A stretch of 64,000 bases of DNA, taken from assembly GCA_964234715.1 (NCBI GenBank), contig OZ174282.1; one strand, written 5' to 3'. How positions within the stretch are numbered: position 1 is the stretch's first letter; the number at the start of each line of letters is the position of its first letter. Below are positions 1 through 12,679 of this stretch, piece by piece. The position numbers were made by a program, and so were the translations under genes. Origin of the DNA: Podarcis melisellensis (lineage: Eukaryota). The notes below the pieces were generated by a model that saw only the letters and a list, made by a program, of their open reading frames with translations, was not told the origin of the DNA and ran no database searches.

Positions 1-451
1 TCATCCCCTACCTGCCTTCTTATTTACGACCAATCCATGGGCAATCCATGTGAGCTTCTTCCTCTCTACTCTCAATGTTGCCCTTGTAGCAAGGAGAAAG
101 ATGAGGAGAAGACTACAATTAGTTTGCTCTGCTTGCCATTTGGCTCTGACTCCACCTACTGTTGAGTTCCGACTTCTGCCCTACCAGTCCCAATGAATCT
201 CTATTAGTCTTGAACACAAGCTTGGTGTTCCAGGTTTTTCTCAGCCGTATATCCACTGACAGAAGCTGTCTCTAGCCATTACTTGGAATATAATGAATGC
301 TCTTACCATAATAAGTAGATGGACTACTAAATATAGATGTTCAGTTAGAGCATTTGGACTCACACAATCTAGTGATACTATCTTTGTTTATTTGAATCTA
401 TGAATATGTTTTCTTTTGGTGCACCTATAGAAATGTCAATTCTGAATCAGG

Positions 452-720
452 TCTAGATCAGGCCAGTGGCTCCTCTAGTCCAGCATCCTGTTCCCCCAGT
501 TTACCTGCCTGTGGTAAACCTACAAGCTGGACCTGAGTTCAACATCACTTTCCACTCCTTCAGTCTCTACCAGCTGGTATTCAGAAGCATCTTGCCTCCA
601 ATAGTGATGGTAGAACATAGCCATCATGGCTAGTGGCCATTGATAGTTTTATGTCTAATCCTATTTTAAAGCCATCCAAGTTGGTGGACATCTATTCCTC
701 TTGTGGGGCAAATTCCATAG
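452..720 (-). mobile_element. CR1 LINE 3' end fragment (left arm of a head-to-head pair)
   Basis: Reverse complement of the squamate CR1 3' UTR (GATCAGGCCAGTGGCTCCTCTAGTCCAGCATCCTGTTC...GCCATCCAAGTTGGTGG); the same motif recurs at 9169, 16728 and 20150. Confidence 0.7.
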
Positions 721-958
721 CACATAGTTAATCTATGGCATTCATTTTCAAAAGAGGAAGTGGTTGTGGCTACTAGTCACAATGGCTATGCTCCACCTCC
801 ATATTCAGAGGTAGAAATGCAATTGTGGGAGGGCAGAGTGCTCTTGTGTTTAGGTCCAGCTTTGGGCTTCTCACAGGCATCTGGCTGGTCACTGTGACAA
901 CAGGATGCTGAACTAGGTCTGCCTTCAGCCTGATTCAGCAGCCTCTTCTTATGTTCTC
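721..958 (+). mobile_element. CR1 LINE 3' end fragment (right arm of a head-to-head pair)
   Basis: Ends CAGGATGCTGAACTAGG...TGATTCAGCAGCCTCTTCTTATGTTCT, a CR1 3' UTR with TTCTTATG-type tail. Confidence 0.7.
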
Positions 959-2639
959 AAGTTGTTTGAAGCTTTTGGTTTAACCGCTTCATCCCCAACT
1001 ACATCTGTAAACAAGTTATAAGAAAACATAAGCATTCATTTCTGGACAGGATTATCTTCCTTCCCACTTTTTGGGCAGTCTGGACAGGATGAGCATGGGA
1101 GACAAGTCTTAAAGTGGTGTTGTTTTATTTCTTGAAGAGGACATTCCAGAAGGTGGTGCTGGAAGACTCTAGTCCAGTACATTGTCCAATGCCTACAGTG
1201 TCCCTTTGTAGATTGGGAGTGCCACTGGGTGGCTGTGGCCAGCTGCAAAACTAAAACCACCCTCACCCACCTTGTATTTAAAAGAGCATTTGTTCACTCA
1301 CTTCTTATGGATCAAATCAATTTTAGGAAGGTATTTTGGCTGAATGCTGGTTAGTGGGGCATAGGTGTGAATACTGGGTAAGTAACGAAGGCTCTCACAG
1401 CAAAGAAAGAGTGAATTCCTCTCCCAATTAACCTCTGTCTCCATGGTCCACCCCATGACATCACCAGAGGCTGCCCCTAGGTTTGGGCCCTGAAATCTCA
1501 GAGGCTGGGATGCTCCTGACCTGACAACCCTAATCTGAACAGAGACACATGACTAAAGTGTCCCGCAAATTGGCCACTGAGGGCTACCAAGCACTTCTCT
1601 CCCCTTCAAGTAACTGCACCCACCCCAGCCACTCAGCAAAACTCCACCGGATGACTTTTGTGCAGATGCATTGGCGCCAAAAACTGAAAGAAAACACTGA
1701 AATACTCTCTAGTTCTTTTGTGCTTACATGCCCTTTCTCCATTTGTAAGAATAATTAGCAAATTATTTCTATAAATACTCTTGTGAAATCCAAGGGGAAA
1801 ACTTTCCCCCCTAGTCTGGAACTGTGGTGGTAATGATGGCATCCTGCAAATCTCCCATGACGGCTGAATATAATGCATTGGCATTCAATACGGGTGTCTT
1901 AGCCTGTGAGGGTGCGTTTTTGTTGTATTTTCAAAAATAGCCTGCTATTGTAAAAGGAGGGAGAAAATGTTAAAAATAAATATGCGATTGTGTTGGGGGG
2001 GATGTGTTGCACAGCTGGGGGCATTTAAAAGGACTTAATTAACAAGCTCCAATCTTACGAAGTCCTCTCTTTAAAAAAATCGAGTAAGGTTCGTCCAATT
2101 AATTTTTAGGAGAAAAGAGAGAGGGTCTGATTGTGGGCTTACAGTTTAAAAAGAGAGACTCCTGCATAATGAAATCTTCCAGGCTGATTAATTCAGTGAA
2201 AAGCTGCTCTGAGCATAGTTTCCACAAAGTCATAAGCACTTGAGCATTTTTTTTAAAGCCCAAATTTAATTATAGCCTTTTGATAATCAGGCTTTGCTCC
2301 AAAGAAATCCCTCAACTTCCCATAATACTTGGTGATGTCATTCTCTATTATAATTCACAAATTCCCCCACTGCTCCCAAAACTTCAGGCTTTCTCCATGT
2401 CAATGAAGGAGGAGATACAAAAACAAAACAGAGCTTCTCTTTTTCCTTGAGTTTTACATTTCATGTTTGGAAAACTGATATATAGATCTTCTAAAAGATG
2501 GTGTGTTGGAGAGAGAGGGGTGGGGATAGGAGCTTGTGAGAGCTTGGCTTCTTTCTTTTTTTTTAAGCCACCGGGTAAAAATTTACCTCATAAAAAAAAT
2601 TATTTCAAAGCCACCCTGTTCAATAAAAATAATAATAGA

Positions 2640-3200
2640 AGACATATTATTCTGACGTTTGTATAGCGTGTGTTCCTTCAGAGTAACATTTTTTTTCTGA
2701 GGAGACATTAGAGTGAAATGGAGAAGTAGGGGGGTGTTAGAAAATACATAAGAGAAGCAAAAAAATAAATAAAAAAATTAACCGAGGGAGAAAAAATTTC
2801 ATTTGTATAAGCTGGCCCCCCTACTGTGGAATTTTCAATTATATATATCTAATTATGGCTGTCAGTTGATGAATTGAGAAAAAGACATTTTTGGGTGCCC
2901 CCCCTCCTTTTTTTGTCTCTTCGTCATCTCTTCTGTTGGAATGATTATAGCACACTTACACAACTAATTGCCTCACTGCTTATTAGTGATACAATTATGC
3001 AGGCCTAGGCTCCTTGTGTGTGAACAACCATCTGCAGAAGACGAAGGGAGAGCGGGGGGGGGGGGGCTGTGAGAGAAAGAGGGAGAAAAGTGACACTATT
3101 CAAAACTATCCATAATTTAACCAATGTTATTCCGACGCACTGAACTCAAACAATCGCCAGACCTTCATATTTCATACGCCTCTGGCATGAGGAGGGTTGG
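2640..3200. promoter_or_regulatory. Putative conserved non-coding element / enhancer
   Basis: Repeat-free, with dense TAAT/ATTA homeodomain cores and CTGTCA (MEIS-type), e.g. CTAATTATGGCTGTCAGTTGATGAATTGAG and ACTAATTGCC...TTATTAGTGATACAATTATG. Conservation is inferred, not measured. Confidence 0.4.
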
Positions 3201-3468
3201 GAGGTTTCCCCCTTTTACTTTCTTTCCTCCTGCGCCCCCCTGCTCCCCCCCCCAAATCTTCCTTCTTCTCTGTGCGTGGGTTCCCCTCTTTAGACTTGCT
3301 GAGAATTTGAAAGAAATGAACCGGGAAAGTGAGGTGGGGGGAATCACACACACACAGAAAGCAAGGAAGCCAGGCATAGCTAATGTGCCCACTCCACTAT
3401 GGTTAATTCTCCCCCCCTTCCCATATGTAAAAGCGATAGGGATTTTTTTTTGGGGGGGGGGAGTAGGT

Positions 3469-3802
3469 TTGGGCTGCCATACATCCGGATTTTCCTGGAC
3501 ATTACCAGGATTTCAAAGGTAGAATTAACGTCTGTGGGGAGGATTTCTGAAAGGTGGTGTTTTGCCTTGGATGTTAGGCAAGTCCAGTGCTATTTTTCTG
3601 GAGGTACGCATACATTTTGTGGATCTTTGTACTTTTGTCCATTTGCTGTATTAATTTTTCCCGATTTGAACTATAAAATGGTGGTTTTCTTGAGTCAAAA
3701 TGAGTGTAACCCTAAACATTTTTTTTTTAAGAAAAAAAGCACTGGGCAAGTCAATTGAAAAATTGTGTCCTGGTTTTCATTTTTTGAAACATGGCAACCC
3801 TA
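3469..3802. mobile_element. hAT (Blackjack-type) MITE, degenerate
   Basis: Termini TTGGGCTGCCAT...ATGGCAACCCTA; flanks GAGTAGGT / AAGTAAGT (6/8 match, 8-bp TSD); subterminal CCGGA/CCTGG motifs. Confidence 0.6.
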
Positions 3803-3837
3803 AAGTAAGTGCAGATAAGGATAGTCACTGACTGAGA

Positions 3838-3993
3838 CTGTGGACACGCCATACTTTGAAAGCACATTTAAATCATGTCCCCCATCCCCAAGAATCCTGG
3901 GAACTGAGGAGGGCTACAATTCCCAACACCCTTGACAAACTACAGTTCCCAGGATTATTGGGGGGGGCATGCTGTAGATGTATGGAGTGTACA
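3838..3993. mobile_element. Palindromic MITE, possibly Harbinger-like (family shared with about 50455, 53008 and 62082)
   Basis: Shared core AAGAATCCTGGGAACTG...AAACTACAGTTCCCAGGATT forming an internal inverted repeat. Confidence 0.5.
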
Positions 3994-4202
3994 CATTTCA
4001 TAACTCTGCACTTCCTTATCTTCGTAAACCTACACAATCTTGAGGAAGAGCTTATGTATTTCATAAAAATGTATATGCTGCTTGATTTTTATAAAACCTC
4101 AAAGATTTGATGAGAGGCTTTACAGTGAATGTCAGGAGTACTAGTTAATTTACCTTTTTCTGGATCCAGAAGCTGAGACTGTAAAAAGAGGGAAATAGTA
4201 TA

Positions 4203-4443
4203 CAGTGGTACCTTAGGTTACAAACACCTCGGGTTATAAACCCTTCGGGTTACAGACTCTGCTAACCTGGAAGCAGTACCTCAGGTTAAGAACTTTACCT
4301 CAGGATGACAACAGAAATCGTGCAGCGCAGCGTGGCGGCAGTGGGAGACCCCATAAGCTAAAGTGGTACCTCAGGTTAAGAACGGTTTCAGGTTAAGAAC
4401 CGACCTCCGAAATTAATTAAGTACGTAACCAGAGGTACCACTG
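4203..4443. mobile_element. Tigger-type Tc1/mariner MITE, copy 1
   Basis: TIR CAGTGGTACCT...AGGTACCACTG with TA TSD on both sides; internal AGGTTAAGAAC repeats. Confidence 0.9.
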
Positions 4444-5954
4444 TATCTGGAAGTAATCATCTCTGATCTGGGAACTGCACTCCTAGCTATCCCCAACCCC
4501 TTGTTTCTGTATGTTTGGGGGCAAGTTATGTATATTTCTCCAGCATTTTTATTTTTTACACCATTCTCCATCAGCTAAATAGAAAATAAATTGCATCAAA
4601 GGAAGAGAAAATGTTGGTGAAAACGTCATGCATTTGGAGTAGGGCTTTTGGGGCGGCCAAGGGGATTTCTTTCCTTTCTTTCCTTCTACAAATCATCTAA
4701 CCAGCAGTCTTCCCAAGTGTCCACATCATCTTGAGATAACTCCTCCCATGGGGCTCCCCCCCCTTCAGATCAGAAAACACAGGCAACCAAGAAGGCTGCA
4801 GATTGCTGGGGAAATGTTTCCTAGAAAGAAAGAAAAGAAACCACCCATCACCCTTTAGACATCTTGCAATGTTGAGGTAAGCTCAAAACTCCACACCAGC
4901 TGAAGTTCTTGAGAAATTCCCAAGTGCCGTGAGAATAAAATGGAAAAATTGAGGCTCCTTTCACAGGGCAAGAAAGCTTTCAATAAACAGTTATCATTGA
5001 TTACAGTGATGATGGGTTTTCTTGAGCTAAGGTCCATTAAAATTTAAGCTCAATGTCAGAGGACTCCTCTGAATGCCCCCACCCCATCCTTTAGTCATTC
5101 ACATGAGTGGCAATTGGAGGTTTTCAGGGTTGGCACTCCAGTTATGGAATAACCCCCCTGGCCAGGGCAGGTTCCATCAGAAATAACTCTTTTCTCATGG
5201 TTTTGTCTGAATAGTCCTTGAAGTTTATAGAAGCTTCCAGGCTTGACTGAGACTTTGCTTGGGCAACAATAGAATCAGCCTCAAAGAAATCAAGTCTTCA
5301 ATGCAGTTTCCCTAGAGTATGCATTTTTCAGTTCTCTTGCTGCTGCCCACTAGGATTCCCCCCTCCCCTGATCGTCTTCAAATATGCTTCCCCCGCCCCC
5401 ACAGCATTTCAATTTCCTCTGCAGTCATAGAAATTGATTCACTCAAAGTCAAGTTACAAGTGTAATGTCATTGTCTGTTACATTTCTGATACCAAAATCA
5501 AACTTCCCATTGTGTGCCTGTTACTACAAGAGCAGCTGATATAAAGGAGCTCAGCTTGTCTTAAAATAGGATTTCTGCAGCTTTTCTATAGATGGAGAGA
5601 GTTTGAGATGGCAGGGGGATGCGGAACAACAGCTCAGGGAGCTTTGAACACTGCATTCCCTCTTCAAACTGCTCAGGAAGTGGGGCAGTGAAGCAGGATC
5701 AGTTTCCTGCCATCAGGACAGGACAGGCTTTGTAAGTCCAAATGGAAGAGTTGTAGAGAATACCAGACTAGGGACACAGAGGAAGCAACAGGGGAGCTTG
5801 GGACCTGTTTCTTGCAACTTGCATCCTTAACGTCAGAAGGAGACCCTGTTGACCCATGTCCCTTAAAAAATGACTAGGTGATCCTTCCAGAGCCATGGGC
5901 AAAGACCCAAGTGACAGAAGGGGGAAGGAAGTTGGCAGAGACTTCTGAGGATGG

Positions 5955-6450
5955 ATCATGAGTTGTTGAATTGGAAGGGACCCTGAGGGCTATCTAGTTC
6001 AACCCCAAGTAATGCAGGAATCTCAGCTAAAGCATCCAACCTCTGCTTAGAAACCTCCAATGAAGGAGAGACCAACACCTTCCAATGGAGTCAGTTCCAC
6101 TGTCAAATAACCCTTACTGTCACAAAGCTCTTCCTGAAGTTTAGTGGAAATCTCCTTTCTTGTAAATTGAATACATAGGTACATGTCCCCACCTTCCAGA
6201 GCAGGAGAAAACAAGCTTGCTCCATCTTTCATGTGACAGTCCTTTAGATATCTGAACATGGCTATCACATCTCCTCTTGGTCCTCTCTTCTTCAAGCTAA
6301 ACATACCCAACTCCCTCAAGCATTCATCGTAAGGCTTGGTTTCCAGACCCTTGATCATCTCGGTTGCCCTCCTTTGCTCACATTCCAGCTTGTTAATATC
6401 CTTCTTAAACTGCGGCACCCAGAACTCCAGGTGGGGTCTGACTGGGCCAG
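5955..6450 (-). mobile_element. CR1 LINE fragment (ORF2 C-terminus and 3' UTR)
   Basis: ORF 6047-6418 reads PQFKKDINKLECEQRRATEMIKGLETKPYDECLRELGMFSLKKR, the CR1 ORF2 C-terminal motif, followed by a CR1 3' UTR. Confidence 0.9.
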
Positions 6451-6575
6451 CATATTACTGCTCAAAATGGTGTTTGTTCTCCTCTAACACTGCTTCTGAT
6501 TGTCTCCTGAAAATATCATAAGATCTGGGCAATAGATACATAGATATCAGGAAACAAGGTTCCATAAATATCCTT

Positions 6576-6770
6576 GAGCCAGTGTGGAAGACTGGTTAAA
6601 GTGTTGGACTAGGACTTCGGAGACCAGGGTTTGAATCCCCACTAAGCCATGAAGCTCAGTCGCTTACTCTAGGGTAACTTACCTCACAGGGATGTTTGAG
6701 GATTAAATACAGAGGGTGAGAACCATCTAAGCCACCTTGAGCAACATGGAGAAAAATGCAATAAATAAAT
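6576..6770 (+). mobile_element. tRNA-derived MIR/Ther1-like SINE (Squam3-like)
   Basis: Head GAGCCAGTGTGG...TGGTTAAAGTG...GGGTTTGAATCCCC (A/B boxes), CORE-like CCTCACAGGG, (AATA)n tail. Confidence 0.75.
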
Positions 6771-7439
6771 GAATCTGCAGTTCAGCCTTCATTTCTTTCC
6801 ACATTACAAAGGAATTATATTTGTGGCAGCCACACCCTGGATCTGTGGGGCCAAATAAAGCCTTCCTTCTTCTCTCTTGCTTGGGCCCCACATTTTGATA
6901 TGAAATGTTTTACCAATGAAATCGTAAGGACTCTTGCCATGGCACAATTTTTGAAAATAAATAAATAATGTTTCTTGCCAAACCATACTGGCTGAGGAGA
7001 TGGAAACGTCACGTTCAGGGGATCGTTTGTGTTGTTTTTCCCCCCACAGCTGCAAAAATAAGTTGGGAAAACACAGAAAGCATCTGGAGGGTGAGACCTT
7101 TCAAATGAGACCATCATTAGGCGCCGTGTTTTTGTAAGCCCTCGTAACTAGCAATCTGTGAAACAATTGTCAGGAAAACTTAACGGCTTCTTCCTCTAAA
7201 ACAGGAGCCCATTTCTCAAACCAAGTTCTCCCTCCTGGGAAATAAGAAGAAGAATAGAGCCATGGTAGGAATCTCGTTCTGACATGCACTGCAGGTGCAA
7301 CCCGTTTTCTCGACATCCGAATATACATCCCAAAATGGATGTTATAAAGGGCTTCAGTACTTCATTGCATGTACATGAGGACCTTTCTGCAAATCAGATC
7401 AGGTGACTGTAGGGATCACCCATGAGGAGAATAGGGATG

Positions 7440-7850
7440 GGTATTTGGGATTATTTCTGCTGCCCTTCTGATATACGATCAGCACACCCAGGCGTGTTGG
7501 CAAGGCTCATCTGACAACAACAGGAAACCGAACCTTTGGTGTCATTGTCAGCCCAGTCCTGGAGAATGCTATGCTGGGAGAGATTCCGCAGGCACCTTCT
7601 TTTGCAACTTCTAAATGCCTGCTGAAAACCTTTCTATTCCATCAGGCTTATGCAGGCAAGGAAGAATACACCTTTCCATAATAGTTCGCTGATTTCTGAT
7701 TCTAACATTTTAATATGGTTTTTAAATGATATTTATGTAGTGGTAAGTTGCTTCACACTGTTTTTAATCGTATGTTTTAATATTAATTATGTGTGTTTAA
7801 TTGTCATAACCGGCCTGGGACCTTAGGGTGAAGGACAGGTAAATGATGAA
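7440..7850 (+). mobile_element. L2 LINE 3' fragment, degenerate
   Basis: Encodes L2-like F..LLKTFLFHQA end (TAAATGCCTGCTGAAAACCTTTCTATTCCATCAGGC), then a T-rich UTR and terminal stem GTCATAACCGGCCTGGGACC...AAGGACAGGT. Confidence 0.6.
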
Positions 7851-8067
7851 GGTGATAATGATGCTGCTGATGATATATAGCAGTATATAAACATTTATAT
7901 GAAGAAAATGTGAACTGAATCAAATTATTCCCTGGCCCCTACTTGAAGCTTTTACATGCTCCCAAGGTTTATATCTGAGCTTGGTTCAGGAGAACTCTAC
8001 TGGTCTCTCTGGAGTCTAGCCTGTGACCATGTAACATCTGAAAAAACCCCTGAGAAGATCCTCTTAC

Positions 8068-8211
8068 NNNNNNNNNNNNNNNNNNNNNNNNNNNNNNNNN
8101 NNNNNNNNNNNNNNNNNNNNNNNNNNNNNNNNNNNNNNNNNNNNNNNNNNNNNNNNNNNNNNNNNNNNNNNNNNNNNNNNNNNNNNNNNNNNNNNNNNNN
8201 NNNNNNNNNNN
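8068..8211. other. Assembly gap (144 N)
   Basis: Run of N characters. Confidence 1.
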
Positions 8212-8700
8212 CCCTGTCATTATTTTACACAAGCAAAATACAGTTCCAGCATAATCTGCTGCCTTTCAAGAAGGGATAAAATCCATTACTTATGCAGCAA
8301 ATGTTTTTTTTTTTAAATGCAACAAAGAAAGGGAATAAAAATGCCTTACAACAGTTTTATTAAAAACAAATTCCCACAGTAAATACATATACACTCTGAT
8401 GCCATGGTGAAGGGGCCAAAGACATCACTGTTAAGTGCTATGGGAAGTACTTATAAATTACTTGAAATAAAAAACATTGTTGCCTGGACATCAGGGTTGA
8501 AATGCTGCAGTTTGTAATAAATTAACACAGAACTTCACTTCCCCTCACCGAACAAAGCGGCCATTTGTCTGAATAACCCACATTCAGCTGTGAGTTATAT
8601 TTTCACAACTGCAACGGCATTCATTTGCAAATCATTCCACAGTTTTAATGCTAGCATTTTAAATACCTTAAGAACTAATAAATAAAGCAAAGTAGAGCAA
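8212..8700. promoter_or_regulatory. Putative conserved non-coding element
   Basis: Repeat-free AT-rich block with TAATAAATTAA, ATTTGCAAAT and AACAAAG motifs; conservation is inferred. Confidence 0.3.
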
Positions 8701-9168
8701 ACAGTGGGCTTCTTGCCTAAAAACTACCCTAATTTGTGTGGGTTCCCTCTCCCCCTTCCTCTCTTCTTTCTCTCCTCTTTCCCTTTCAAAGTAATTTTAT
8801 ACATGTCTAAAAGTTTCTTCAAAGTATGTTTTGTGCTTCTCGGTGAAATGCTCCTTTTGCAGTCTTTTAGTCCAGCCAAGACATTTCATATCTTCCTTCA
8901 TTCTGTTGCTGCAAAGTATTTTGGAAAGTTTATCTTTTGCTGTTAAGGATTTTTCTTCTCCTAATGCTAAGAGGTCAAATGTGTTACTGTTTCTGGAGGA
9001 TTCCTCCCTCATCAACCCCTTATGTTTTAGCTAACAGTGTAGTTATAAAGGGCTTGCGTGCCATTTATAAGAACAAAAGGTAATTCTTGATTTTTCCCTA
9101 AACAAAGGTGTTTTTTCCAGATTTCCTTTAACTGTTTGGTATTGATGATGGATAGAAGATGCCCACCT

Positions 9169-9285
9169 TAAGAACATAAAAAGAGCCTACTGGATCGAGC
9201 CTCTTGTTCTTACAGTGGTCCAACAGATGCCCATGGAAAGCCCAAAAGCAGGATCTGAGCTCAAGAGCACTTTTTCTGCTCCTGT
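9169..9285 (-). mobile_element. CR1 3' tail fragment
   Basis: TAAGAACATAAAAAGAGCCTACTGGATC is the reverse complement of the CR1 tail. Confidence 0.65.
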
Positions 9286-9309
9286 AGGCTTTTAAATTCT
9301 TTTTCTAAA

Positions 9310-9942
9310 TTAAATGAGGGAGACACGATGGCGCTGTGCAAGATCATGCATGGGGAGGAGAAAGTAAATAATGAGATGTTTTCTCCATCTCTCATCACCA
9401 AGGTGACCAATGTTCTCAAGGTGATGGAACATCTTCCCCTAGGAGAGAAGGTTGCAGCATTTGGGAACTTTTAGTTTAGAGAAAATGTGAGTAACATGCG
9501 ACATGATAGAAGTTTATAAAATTATGCATAGCATGGTAAAGTGGATAGAGAAAAGGTTTTCTCCTTCTCTCACAGCACTAGAATTTATGGACACCCAAAG
9601 CAGCTGAATGTTGGAAGATCTGGGACAGATAAAAGAAAGTCCTCTTCAAACTGGGCATAGTTAAACTATGGAACTGACTCCAGCAAGAGGCAGTGATGGC
9701 CACCAGCTTGGATGGCTTTAAAAAGAGGATGGGACAAATCCAAGGAAGACTGTTGAAGGCCACTAGCCATGATGGCTGTGTTGTAACTCCACTATCAGAT
9801 GCAATATCCCTCTGAATCCCAACTGCTGGGAATCCCAGGTTGGGAGAGTGCTGTTGTGTACATGTCAAACTTGCAGGCCCCTGTAAGAACAGGATGCTGG
9901 ACTAGATGACCCTGATCCAGCAGGCTTGTCTTACGTTCTTAT
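9310..9942 (+). mobile_element. CR1 LINE 3' fragment(s)
   Basis: Decayed ORF2 end (GACATGATAGAAGTTTATAAAATTATGCAT = DMIEVYKIMH; AAACTATGGAAC = KLWN) and 3' UTR ending GATCCAGCAGGCTTGTCTTACGTTCTTA; a short duplicated ORF2 piece lies at about 9310-9397. Confidence 0.8.
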
Positions 9943-10963
9943 GTAACTGCGTATGGCATAGAATAGGACAATTCACTGCATCTTTAGCACAGGGAATAAA
10001 CACCCTCCTGTGGCAAGTAGGCGATCACAGATTAAATAAAATCCAGCAACATGCCAATAACCTTTGGCAATGTATGAGGGGGACTCAAGCAAATATGCTT
10101 TCTATGGAAATTGGGATATTACAAGATAACCCCATTCATTTATCAAATGTTGGGAAGGGTATGCAATCCTAGGTATTACTACTCAGAAGCAGATCCTCCT
10201 GTGCTCAATGAGACTTACTCCCCATGTGTATGGGGTTGGACCCTACCAGTGCACACATATACGTATCTAGTTCAGTGTATGAGGTTATTTCCTCCCAGGA
10301 AACTGGGTCTAAGATTGCAGCTTAAGTTTCTTAAAGCACTATAAAGATTTGTGGCAGGGAAGTCAGGGACAAACTCTGTCGAGATGATCAAGTAATGATG
10401 CGCCGCAGCTTTAGTTATGACAAAAGCTGCACCTCCAGTTCACAGAGTAATATCAGCAATATATCATCTGTGTTATTAGTATTTAATTGCATAGCTATTA
10501 CTTTGTGTGGTGCTATTTGATTCATTGTCCAGCCATACCTGATTAGGATTCTTTGCTTAGGCTATTACCACTTTGCAGCCAGCTACCCATATGGTGTTAG
10601 CGTTGAGCTTGTGCAAATCCTCCAAGCTTAGCATTGTATGTTCTATTAAAGAAGACTATGGGAGAGCACTGGTATTAACATATGTTCACCTCGACGTTCC
10701 ATTGACCTTTATGCACAGCTTTAGGCTAAAACTGGATCATTGGAGCTGATCCAGTAGGAAATTGGGTTGGAATTGTAAAATTAGACACGTGGCTATTAAA
10801 TTCTTTTATCACCAGGCTCACATGTTGAATAGAACAGGCACAGAGCTTTAGCAATCTAATCATCAACACTGGATTGTTCCTTTTTTCTTTCTTGCCATGG
10901 GGATTCTCTCTCCTTCATATCACTTGTGAATGATGCTTTGATCCTTGAAGATATCAGCATTAG

Positions 10964-11118
10964 TCATAGAATCATAAAATTGTAGAGCTGGAAGGGACCC
11001 TGAGGATCACCTAGTTGAACCCCCTGCAATGCAGGAATATGCAGCTGCCCCATACGGGGATCAAACTGGCAACCTTGGTGTTATCAACACCGCACTCTAA
11101 CCAACGGAGCTGTCCAGG
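10964..11118 (-). mobile_element. tRNA(Ile)-headed SINE with CR1-derived tail (POMSINE-like)
   Basis: Minus strand reads AGCTCCGTTGGTTAGAGTGCGGTGTTGATAACACCAAGGTTGCCAGTTTGATCCCCGTA (tRNA-Ile-like), then the CR1 tail GGTCCCTTCCAGCTCTAC...ATGATTCTATGA. Confidence 0.8.
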
Positions 11119-11852
11119 TGATAGTCCAGGAAAGAAATCTCAGGATTCTCTCCATTGGCAGTGGCTTGCTGGAGTTTCAGGCAGATGTTCTTTCTCATAC
11201 CTGCCTGGGGATGCCAGAAACTGAACCTGGGGATGGGCAAATCTGTCACTTTCATTGCTTCCCCATTTTTCCATTGTTAAATTCTTTTAGAGCTGCCTGA
11301 AAGTAAAAAGTAAGGTGCCAGCCACATGAAACAGGTTGGAACAGCCTCCCACAGCACAAGACAGGCAGCATGCCCAGCTTCTGGTTGAGGTCATCTAGGC
11401 CTCTGTATGTGAGAATGGGGCTGAGGGGCTGGGTCCCGCCAAGCTTCCCCATGGTGGCAGATGGCCTTGCTGGGCCTCTCAGCAGTGGTGGCAGGTCTTG
11501 TCAGCCCTTTTGGCCTCCTCCCAATGTGCATGACATCACAAGTGTGTGTCATACATGTGGCATCACACAGTGCCATGAGTCCCCACCCCATTGTTGGGTG
11601 GAACTCGGTGCATCTGACAGGAGACAACTAGCAGTACTCATCTGGATGATCCGAGTGATCAAACCAGGACATAACAGCTCAGTCAGTTCTTGCGTTTTCC
11701 TGGATCCAAGTTGTTCAGAGCTTCATATATCAGCAGAAGAATGTTAGACATTTTCATGAGGATATTCCTTTATATGCACACTTTATGCTAATGTATGTAT
11801 TTATGTTCACATTAGAAGGCTGGAGAACTGCATTGCAAAGTGGCCATGACAC

Positions 11853-11914
11853 CCTTCCTTCCTTCCTTCCTTCCTTCCTTCCTTCCTTCCTTCCTTCCTT
11901 CCTTCCTTCCTTCC
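11853..11914. repeat. (CCTT)n microsatellite
   Basis: Perfect tetranucleotide run. Confidence 0.98.
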
Positions 11915-12679
11915 AGCCTTCCTTTTGCTCTTTTGCTTGCCCTGCTCAAAGAGTGATCCCACCAGACCAGACCAGCCAGAGTCCTTCTCCTTGCCCTTCT
12001 GTGACAACAGGGCACACAGCCAATCACTAGATCATCACTTAATATTGGCCATGCGACATACTTTATGGTAGGACAGTCCTCTGTTTGAAGGCATCCTTAA
12101 TTTGCAGTCCAGTCCAAGCCCATTTTGAAGATCAGGATCCACAAGAAGGAAGGCCTCTTGGGGCCTTGAAGTTGCTTATCAGCACACTGGGCAGGTGCAC
12201 AGGTCACCATGTCTTCTCTATGATAGTGAGATGTATCATGTTTCTACTTAAATTATAGTAATTATTTCCAAGTGTGCATCTATACTGATGAATTAGCATA
12301 TGCATTTTTATGCAAATAGATGTCCTTGTTTGTCCCTTTTTGGTGAGGTGATGTACTTCCTGTCTTTAGGTGGTGGTGATGGTCCTCAACTGGCCACTAT
12401 CCTCAGAGCCTTGCATTGTAGATGAGGACCTAGACGTGTCCAGTAAGGAGATGTGAAGTGACACAGTGTGGATGCATGAATTGCCCTTAATAGGCATTCC
12501 TGAGTTGGCATTCCAATTGTGGGAGCTCGTCTGACCTCAGGATTTGGAAAACGTCCCACTTGTAAAAACTGTAGCCATTGTGAGATGCTCCTACCATTGT
12601 TGAGATTTCTCTCCCCACCCATCAGCTTCTAATACGCTCCTGGTATTCTTTCTCATTGTCAGAGCCAGAAATACTGCAG

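Noticed and set aside
7956-8279. ORFs spanning the N run
   Set aside because: Artefacts of the assembly gap.
11040-11118. Functional tRNA-Ile gene
   Set aside because: The T-arm/B box and acceptor stem are degenerate and it is fused to a CR1 tail, so it is a SINE head. The same applies to tRNA-like heads at 6576, 22573, 23992 and 39299.
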